This document shows positions 50,572 through 58,782 of a DNA stretch of 58,782 nucleotides, one piece after another. Position numbers and translations under genes: made by a program. How positions within the stretch are numbered: position 1 is the first letter of the stretch; the number at the start of each line of letters is the position of its first letter. This stretch comes from Thermoproteota archaeon (GTDB lineage Archaea; Asgardarchaeota; Jordiarchaeia; Jordiarchaeales; Freyrarchaeaceae). Where the stretch lies: the NCBI GenBank assembly GCA_029258835.1, contig JAPDJY010000036.1, positions 1 to 58,782 of the forward strand. Direction: 5' to 3'. A model generated the notes under the pieces. That model made no database searches and was not told where the DNA came from. It worked only from the letters and a program-made list of their open reading frames with translations.

Positions 50572-51011
50572 ACCAAAAGATCAAAAAAGAAACTTAAATA
50601 CTTTTCGGAAATATATTTCCAAAACAGAAAAACTTAAAAAACCACACGAAACAAAAACACAAACCACCCAAAAACAAACCACACCCCCACAAAACAAAAA
50701 ACCAGAAAAACACCCAAAAACAAAAAACCAGCAAAAACAAACCCAAAAACAAAAAACAACCACCCCAAACAACTCCCTCCACCAAAAAAACACCACACCC
50801 ACCCCATCCACCAAAAACAGACCACCCAAACCCCCAAAACAAAAAACAAAACAAAAAACAACCCCCAAAACAAAAAACCAGCAAAAACAAAACAAAACCA
50901 ACCCGAAACAACCTTAAAAAACAAAACCCAAAAAACAAAAGTCCCCCAAACCACACACAAAAACAAAAAATAAAAACCATAAAAACAAAAAACAAAACAA
51001 AAACAAATACC
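50572..51011 (+). promoter_or_regulatory. CRISPR leader / divergent promoter region, extremely A/C-rich
   Basis: Non-coding, between the start of the adaptation operon and the first repeat; TATA-like ACCTTAAAAA (50911) and AAAACCATAAAA (about 50973). Confidence 0.7.
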
Positions 51012-54000
51012 CTTGCAAAAAGAGTCCCCAGACATGGGGATTGAAAGCTTTGTTGGTGTACTGTGGGCCGTAGAATGCATGCTCGCTTGCAAAAAGAGTC
51101 CCCAGACATGGGGATTGAAAGCAACTTTAGCACGAAGCGTTGGTTGGCATGATCTGGACTTGCAAAAAGAGTCCCCAGACATGGGGATTGAAAGTCCCAA
51201 AACCGCCGCCCATGCCATACGGTTGCTGCCTCTTGCAAAAAGAGTCCCCAGACATGGGGATTGAAAGGCTCTTGTACGTAACCTCTATCCACCCGTCCAG
51301 CAACCTTGCAAAAAGAGTCCCCAGACATGGGGATTGAAAGTAGTACACTTCTCAATTTATCGATTAACGAAACACCCTTGCAAAAAGAGTCCCCAGACAT
51401 GGGGATTGAAAGCCGTGGTCAGCGGTTATGACTACCCTTTTACCCCTTATGCTTGCAAAAAGAGTCCCCAGACATGGGGATTGAAAGGCGTTATAACAAA
51501 CCCGGTCTGCGACTGAATCAGCAGCTTGCAAAAAGAGTCCCCAGACATGGGGATTGAAAGCCTGTTATCGCCCGGTAGAACTGGAGGGTGGTGTTGAAGT
51601 CTTGCAAAAAGAGTCCCCAGACATGGGGATTGAAAGAGCTATTGATGAAGGGGGAACTTCATCATACAAGTTAGCTTGCAAAAAGAGTCCCCAGACATGG
51701 GGATTGAAAGTCAAATATCACAGTAATGCTTCCTCCACTTGCAGGTATTAACTTGCAAAAAGAGTCCCCAGACATGGGGATTGAAAGAAAAAAAACTGGG
51801 GGAGGCGCTGAGGGGCTACAACCCTGCTTGCAAAAAGAGTCCCCAGACATGGGGATTGAAAGTTAAAGCTGCTTACGATGCTTTCTAGCCCTGAAACGTT
51901 CTCTTGCAAAAAGAGTCCCCAGACATGGGGATTGAAAGTGCAGGGGCTGGAACGTGTCCGCAAGCCAGCTGCTCCACTTGCAAAAAGAGTCCCCAGACAT
52001 GGGGATTGAAAGTCTTCTTCACCTTCCACTTCTCCCTTCTTCCTGGAGACTTGCAAAAAGAGTCCCCAGACATGGGGATTGAAAGCAAACTACTGCAAAA
52101 ACAAGTACAGTTTGCACTATGCACTTGCAAAAAGAGTCCCCAGACATGGGGATTGAAAGCTTGAAGCGTTAACGCCTATCTCGGATGAACACATTGTCTT
52201 GCAAAAAGAGTCCCCAGACATGGGGATTGAAAGTGTAGTCAGTTGCCACAAAACAATTATTTTTACTCCTCTTGCAAAAAGAGTCCCCAGACATGGGGAT
52301 TGAAAGCGGGTAATTTGCTTATTTTTATAAAATCGTAAAATATCCTCTTGCAAAAAGAGTCCCCAGACATGGGGATTGAAAGCCTCTCAAGAACGTCCTC
52401 ACACGGCATGTTCCTTTCCCTTGCAAAAAGAGTCCCCAGACATGGGGATTGAAAGGTTAATTGTTTTTTTGGCGGCGATAATGTTGTTGAGGCTTGCAAA
52501 AAGAGTCCCCAGACATGGGGATTGAAAGCTATAGACTATGCCCGGGATGTCACCGATTGAGAAGTCTTGCAAAAAGAGTCCCCAGACATGGGGATTGAAA
52601 GTTTGCGCTGTCATGTTCTCCGCCTAAAACCCTGATAACAACTTGCAAAAAGAGTCCCCAGACATGGGGATTGAAAGCGTAAACAACCTTCCCGGTCTCC
52701 GGAAGGTAATACGCCTTGCAAAAAGAGTCCCCAGACATGGGGATTGAAAGGTAAACCCTGAAGTTCAGGCTACCCTGAAGTTTTGGTCTTGCAAAAAGAG
52801 TCCCCAGACATGGGGATTGAAAGAAAAAACAGCTGGATTCCAGGCGGCCATGGGAAAACACTTGCAAAAAGAGTCCCCAGACATGGGGATTGAAAGCCCA
52901 TTTCGCTCCAGCCTCCTCCTCAGAAACTTAATAGTCTTGCAAAAAGAGTCCCCAGACATGGGGATTGAAAGCCCAGTTAGCAACCCGTTGCTTGACTTGG
53001 TAGTATTGCCTTGCAAAAAGAGTCCCCAGACATGGGGATTGAAAGGCGGAAAGTGTACAAAATCGGCCGCATCAGCTTCGACGAGACTTGCAAAAAGAGT
53101 CCCCAGACATGGGGATTGAAAGCGTAGACCTCCTTGTAGTCCTCGTAAAGGTAGAGGCACTTGCAAAAAGAGTCCCCAGACATGGGGATTGAAAGACCCA
53201 TCTGTCGTAGAACTCGCCGTGTTTTTCCTTCAGCTTGCAAAAAGAGTCCCCAGACATGGGGATTGAAAGTCCAGTTCTAGGTTTTCCATTAGGTGGGCGG
53301 CGAGCCTCTTGCAAAAAGAGTCCCCAGACATGGGGATTGAAAGTCGTTAAAAGCAGGAAGTACTACTTCGATCTTGACTCCTTGCAAAAAGAGTCCCCAG
53401 ACATGGGGATTGAAAGACTGTGCTGCGCATCGTCTTTACGAGGTCACGGAGGAAGACTTGCAAAAAGAGTCCCCAGACATGGGGATTGAAAGGCACAACC
53501 TACGAGCTGACGGCAACTGGCGTGAGTGCCCTTGCAAAAAGAGTCCCCAGACATGGGGATTGAAAGTTCAAGGCTTACAAGTGAAGCGACGTACATGGTT
53601 ACTGTCTTGCAAAAAGAGTCCCCAGACATGGGGATTGAAAGTCGAACGCTCAAGCCGCACTTAACAGCATGCTAAGCGGCTTGCAAAAAGAGTCCCCAGA
53701 CATGGGGATTGAAAGCGAACCGCAAATCTGACAACGTCACTTGCTGATGGGTAGTACTTGCAAAAAGAGTCCCCAGACATGGGGATTGAAAGTGAAGAAG
53801 AGAGCTTCAACTATGATGAATGCGTGTCACGGCTTGCAAAAAGAGTCCCCAGACATGGGGATTGAAAGGTCTTCGTCTGCGAAGACCACTACGTCTTCCT
53901 GCATGACGCTTGCAAAAAGAGTCCCCAGACATGGGGATTGAAAGTCCCCCTCCGGCAGAGATCAGCGTCCTCCACGTCGTGCCTTGCAAAAAGAGTCCCC

Positions 54001-57000
54001 AGACATGGGGATTGAAAGCTTTGTTACTTGCCTACCATCGTATCATTCAAGACCTGACTTGCAAAAAGAGTCCCCAGACATGGGGATTGAAAGCGTCCTT
54101 TGTGAAGGTCAGCTTGAAGTTCTTGGAGGCTGACTTGCAAAAAGAGTCCCCAGACATGGGGATTGAAAGTAACTATACCCGTCTGACGGCATTATTTCAC
54201 ATCCATACTTGCAAAAAGAGTCCCCAGACATGGGGATTGAAAGATCACTTCTTCACCCGGAGGCTTCTCCTCCGACTCAACTTGCAAAAAGAGTCCCCAG
54301 ACATGGGGATTGAAAGACAATTTCCTCTCCCGGAGGCTTCTCCTCTATTTCCACCTTGCAAAAAGAGTCCCCAGACATGGGGATTGAAAGCCGGTCTCGT
54401 AGTCATACACTTGGTGACAGCCGTCTTCACTTGCAAAAAGAGTCCCCAGACATGGGGATTGAAAGCAGCAAGCACCGCAACACACACCAGCCCGTAAGCA
54501 ACAAGCTTGCAAAAAGAGTCCCCAGACATGGGGATTGAAAGAGGATGTTGTTGAAAGCGTTGAGCTTGTTGGGCCGGGGAACTTGCAAAAAGAGTCCCCA
54601 GACATGGGGATTGAAAGGTGAGGAGGAGGCTATCAGGCGTGCTGAGCTTATTCTTCTTGCAAAAAGAGTCCCCAGACATGGGGATTGAAAGATATGTAAC
54701 ACCAACCTCTCCTTGGGGAGGGTTGGCTTGCAAAAAGAGTCCCCAGACATGGGGATTGAAAGTTGAAAGCCCTGAGGAACGCGCCGAGCTTGCTGTTTGG
54801 CCTTGCAAAAAGAGTCCCCAGACATGGGGATTGAAAGACCTCTTTAAGAACCTCTAGCACTTCTTGCATCATTGCTTGCAAAAAGAGTCCCCAGACATGG
54901 GGATTGAAAGATGTCAATCCAACCCCATTTCCAAATCTTTTCTATGCCCCTTGCAAAAAGAGTCCCCAGACATGGGGATTGAAAGCCTCAAACCACACTA
55001 AAATTTCATGATCATTCTCATCGCTTGCAAAAAGAGTCCCCAGACATGGGGATTGAAAGAGTCCCTGGTGAAAAACTATGCCGCGAAGGAGTTTTTCCTT
55101 GCAAAAAGAGTCCCCAGACATGGGGATTGAAAGAGCATCCTGTTTTCACGGTCTGCGTCGGTAACGTTAGGCTTGCAAAAAGAGTCCCCAGACATGGGGA
55201 TTGAAAGCTCCTCTCTTCATCTTGTCTGTAGCAGCTTTGAGTGATCTTGCAAAAAGAGTCCCCAGACATGGGGATTGAAAGTTTTTTACTGTCACTTACT
55301 GAGTAAGCTGAAGTGTTTAACTTGCAAAAAGAGTCCCCAGACATGGGGATTGAAAGTTAAACCTTTTTCCGACATTCCAAGCCTTTACCCGGACTTGCAA
55401 AAAGAGTCCCCAGACATGGGGATTGAAAGTTGCAGACTGCGAATTTCGAAATGTAGGACTGTGCAATCTTGCAAAAAGAGTCCCCAGACATGGGGATTGA
55501 AAGCCATGCCCCTTGAACGGGCAGACGAAAAACAAATACAGCTTGCAAAAAGAGTCCCCAGACATGGGGATTGAAAGCTCCTAGTGCCTCAGAGCTCTCC
55601 TTCAAGATGGGATGGCTTGCAAAAAGAGTCCCCAGACATGGGGATTGAAAGCTGTCCCACACTAGGGGCTCCAAGTCCACGACTATGGACTTGCAAAAAG
55701 AGTCCCCAGACATGGGGATTGAAAGCTCCAATAAGGCATAATATCCAAGCTTCTAAGAAGTGTCTTGCAAAAAGAGTCCCCAGACATGGGGATTGAAAGC
55801 CCTAAGCTTCGACAGCCAGTCGGACACGCCGTCACACCTTGCAAAAAGAGTCCCCAGACATGGGGATTGAAAGATGAACCTCTGCTTCGCCTCGCTGAAC
55901 GCTACTGGCATACTTGCAAAAAGAGTCCCCAGACATGGGGATTGAAAGAGATCTCCTCCCGGATTTTTTCCTGCATACACTAGCATCTTGCAAAAAGAGT
56001 CCCCAGACATGGGGATTGAAAGATATCAGAATTATAGCCGAAGAACACTCTAACATCCGTCTTGCAAAAAGAGTCCCCAGACATGGGGATTGAAAGCTTG
56101 AAATGTTGCCTAGAAGAACTGCCTCTTGCTCATCCTTGCAAAAAGAGTCCCCAGACATGGGGATTGAAAGGTCACTCGGGTCGATGACGGGAAACCCCGG
56201 ATTTTCGACTTGCAAAAAGAGTCCCCAGACATGGGGATTGAAAGCTGCAGTCTCGCCGCGTTATCCGCATGAGACCCCCCATCTTGCAAAAAGAGTCCCC
56301 AGACATGGGGATTGAAAGCTATTGTGTTAACTCTCTCCCAACTTGCCCCGTTGTGCCTTGCAAAAAGAGTCCCCAGACATGGGGATTGAAAGTCATACTC
56401 GTCAAGCCCAAGCGCAACTTCCAGCTCGGCTTGCAAAAAGAGTCCCCAGACATGGGGATTGAAAGATTGACTGGTTCACCGCCTCAGTAGCCCTCTCCAC
56501 CACTTGCAAAAAGAGTCCCCAGACATGGGGATTGAAAGTTCTTGTGTTAATATATGCCAACCCCCCCTCGTCTATTCTTGCAAAAAGAGTCCCCAGACAT
56601 GGGGATTGAAAGTAGTACATCGTGTCGAGGTTAAAGCTGAAAGCATACGCTTGCAAAAAGAGTCCCCAGACATGGGGATTGAAAGAGCAACGGGTGCCAG
56701 CCCTGGATGAACCGCTCAACCTTCTTGCAAAAAGAGTCCCCAGACATGGGGATTGAAAGTCAAGCCTTGAGGACATAGCAGTCGTGGCGCATTAGCCTTG
56801 CAAAAAGAGTCCCCAGACATGGGGATTGAAAGGAAGACAGATGGAAATCCTCCTCAAACTCGGCCTGATAGCTTGCAAAAAGAGTCCCCAGACATGGGGA
56901 TTGAAAGTCCCATACTTCGGGGTGCTGAATCATGACTCCGACACGCCTTGCAAAAAGAGTCCCCAGACATGGGGATTGAAAGACACGACAGCCATCACCA

Positions 57001-58782
57001 CCAGCCAACTGGCAACTATACTTGCAAAAAGAGTCCCCAGACATGGGGATTGAAAGTCGCTCTTCCATCTGTGGACGTCGAACCACAGCATCCTCTCTTG
57101 CAAAAAGAGTCCCCAGACATGGGGATTGAAAGTCAGCTTGGAGAGGAGCCCCGCCTTCCTCGCGTTCACAACCTTGCAAAAAGAGTCCCCAGACATGGGG
57201 ATTGAAAGGAAAATTTTTTATCATGACGAATACTATATAGACGTTTTACTTGCAAAAAGAGTCCCCAGACATGGGGATTGAAAGCGTATGCGGTTATCAG
57301 GGATGAGACGTAGGTTTTGACTTCTTGCAAAAAGAGTCCCCAGACATGGGGATTGAAAGTAAGCTTACTGCCTTGATGGAGACAGTAATAACTTACAGCT
57401 TGCAAAAAGAGTCCCCAGACATGGGGATTGAAAGAACCACCCGGCGGTAGCACCTGTATTCTTCAACCTTCTTGCAAAAAGAGTCCCCAGACATGGGGAT
57501 TGAAAGCTGTTGAAAACGAGTTGATTGAGGTGGAGGGGGTTATGCTTGCAAAAAGAGTCCCCAGACATGGGGATTGAAAGTCATGCACAGCGAATACAGG
57601 AAAGGACACGACATACTCATGGCTTGCAAAAAGAGTCCCCAGACATGGGGATTGAAAGTCTGGTGTAAGGGGTTGTGGGGGGGGAATCCTCAATGCTTGC
57701 AAAAAGAGTCCCCAGACATGGGGATTGAAAGTCATATCCCGTAACAGTAGTATCAAACGTTTCGAACGCCTTGCAAAAAGAGTCCCCAGACATGGGGATT
57801 GAAAGTAGTAGTCCTTGACCAGCTCCCGCAGCCACCTGCGGCTTGCAAAAAGAGTCCCCAGACATGGGGATTGAAAGATGCTGGTGTAGCCGGCGAACAT
57901 CCCGGCGAACGCGACTTGCAAAAAGAGTCCCCAGACATGGGGATTGAAAGACAATTCTGAGGCACCACATAGTTCAATCCCTCCTTTCTCTTGCAAAAAG
58001 AGTCCCCAGACATGGGGATTGAAAGTCTTGTCCGTAGCACCCTTGAGTCCCTTAACCCAATCCTTGCAAAAAGAGTCCCCAGACATGGGGATTGAAAGCA
58101 ATTAAATATGTGTTCGAGGTTCCCCCACCGGTCATAAACTTGCAAAAAGAGTCCCCAGACATGGGGATTGAAAGTCCCTTACCTCCTCCCGTAGCCCTCG
58201 GGACAATCTTTTGGCTTGCAAAAAGAGTCCCCAGACATGGGGATTGAAAGGACAAGCTGTTTACTTACGTGTCACCTTATGTTCCATTTACTTGCAAAAA
58301 GAGTCCCCAGACATGGGGATTGAAAGCTGATATGGTTTATTACTTTGCTACACGGGTTGAGACTTGCAAAAAGAGTCCCCAGACATGGGGATTGAAAGAA
58401 TGCATTGTCTAGTAACGTCACTAGGGTCGGGTAGTCTACTTGCAAAAAGAGTCCCCAGACATGGGGATTGAAAGAACGCTTCATCCACAATTTTATCAGC
58501 AACTTTTTTAATCTTGCAAAAAGAGTCCCCAGACATGGGGATTGAAAGGAGAGGTGGAGAAAACTTACTCGGGAGATCACCTCCAGCTTGCAAAAAGAGT
58601 CCCCAGACATGGGGATTGAAAGTACGAATAAATGTTGGTGTTACCTCCGCTTGCAACTGCTTGCAAAAAGAGTCCCCAGACATGGGGATTGAAAGCGTCA
58701 TCGGTCATTATGCTTGAGGTTACCATGAGGTCACTTGCAAAAAGAGTCCCCAGACATGGGGATTGAAAGACGTTAGCAGAGA
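51012..58782 (+). CRISPR. CRISPR array; repeat CTTGCAAAAAGAGTCCCCAGACATGGGGATTGAAAG (36 bp), about 105 repeats, spacers about 35-42 nt, continues past the window end
   Basis: Identical repeats from 51012 to 58769 (hand count 105); TCCCCA-GACA-TGGGGA hairpin; 3' ATTGAAAG handle sets + orientation. Confidence 0.99.

Noticed and set aside
49354-50637. 427-aa K/N/T/P-rich ORF on +
   Set aside because: Antisense shadow of cas1/DUF2797; the T-poor strand simply lacks stop codons.
50581-51400. F/V/G/C-rich membrane-like ORFs on -
   Set aside because: Artefact of the G/T-only complement of the leader.
51637-56576. Two spacers both encoding IDEGG (51637 sense, 56539 antisense)
   Set aside because: Only five residues shared and the flanks differ; likely chance.
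51013-58717. Dozens of ORFs containing LSIPMSGDSFCK, FQSPCLGTLFA or QKESPDMGIE
   Set aside because: Translations of the CRISPR repeat, not genes.
51012-58782. Self-targeting spacers against genes in this window
   Set aside because: No convincing match seen by eye; a BLASTn is needed to exclude it fully.
1-58782. tRNA, rRNA, transposase or integrase genes
   Set aside because: None recognised, so the island is not called a mobile element.

Overview
Archaeal chromosomal window, probably from a thermophile (short archaeal PurA, AroA'/AroB' route to dehydroquinate, Csa3, type I-A Cas); the lineage cannot be fixed from sequence alone. 0.4-6.8 kb is housekeeping (purA, an HTH regulator, lysC-asd-aroA'-aroB'). 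7-19 kb is a variable belt of intact genes mixed with frameshifted remnants. From about 19.7 kb to the end is one defence island containing, in order: an Rnl2-like ATP-dependent RNA ligase convergent with a CARF-PIN fusion; a MoxR-AAA / metallopeptidase-vWA / two paralogous Zn-finger-protein operon divergent from csa3; a decayed second copy of the paralog+csa3 pair interrupted by an MNT-HEPN pair; a type III-D-like operon (Cas10 with HD and GGDD; csx10 frameshifted); an AT-rich type I-A operon with cas6; cas4-cas2-cas1 headed by a DUF2797-like gene; an almost pure A/C leader; and a CRISPR array of about 105 identical 36-bp repeats running off the window. Best candidates for undescribed biology are the Csa3-linked MoxR-vWA-peptidase-ZnF operon, the CARF-PIN plus RNA ligase pair, DUF2797 in the adaptation operon, and a coding-independent A/C versus G/T strand-skew gradient peaking at the leader. 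All family calls come from motif recognition by eye; no searches were run.
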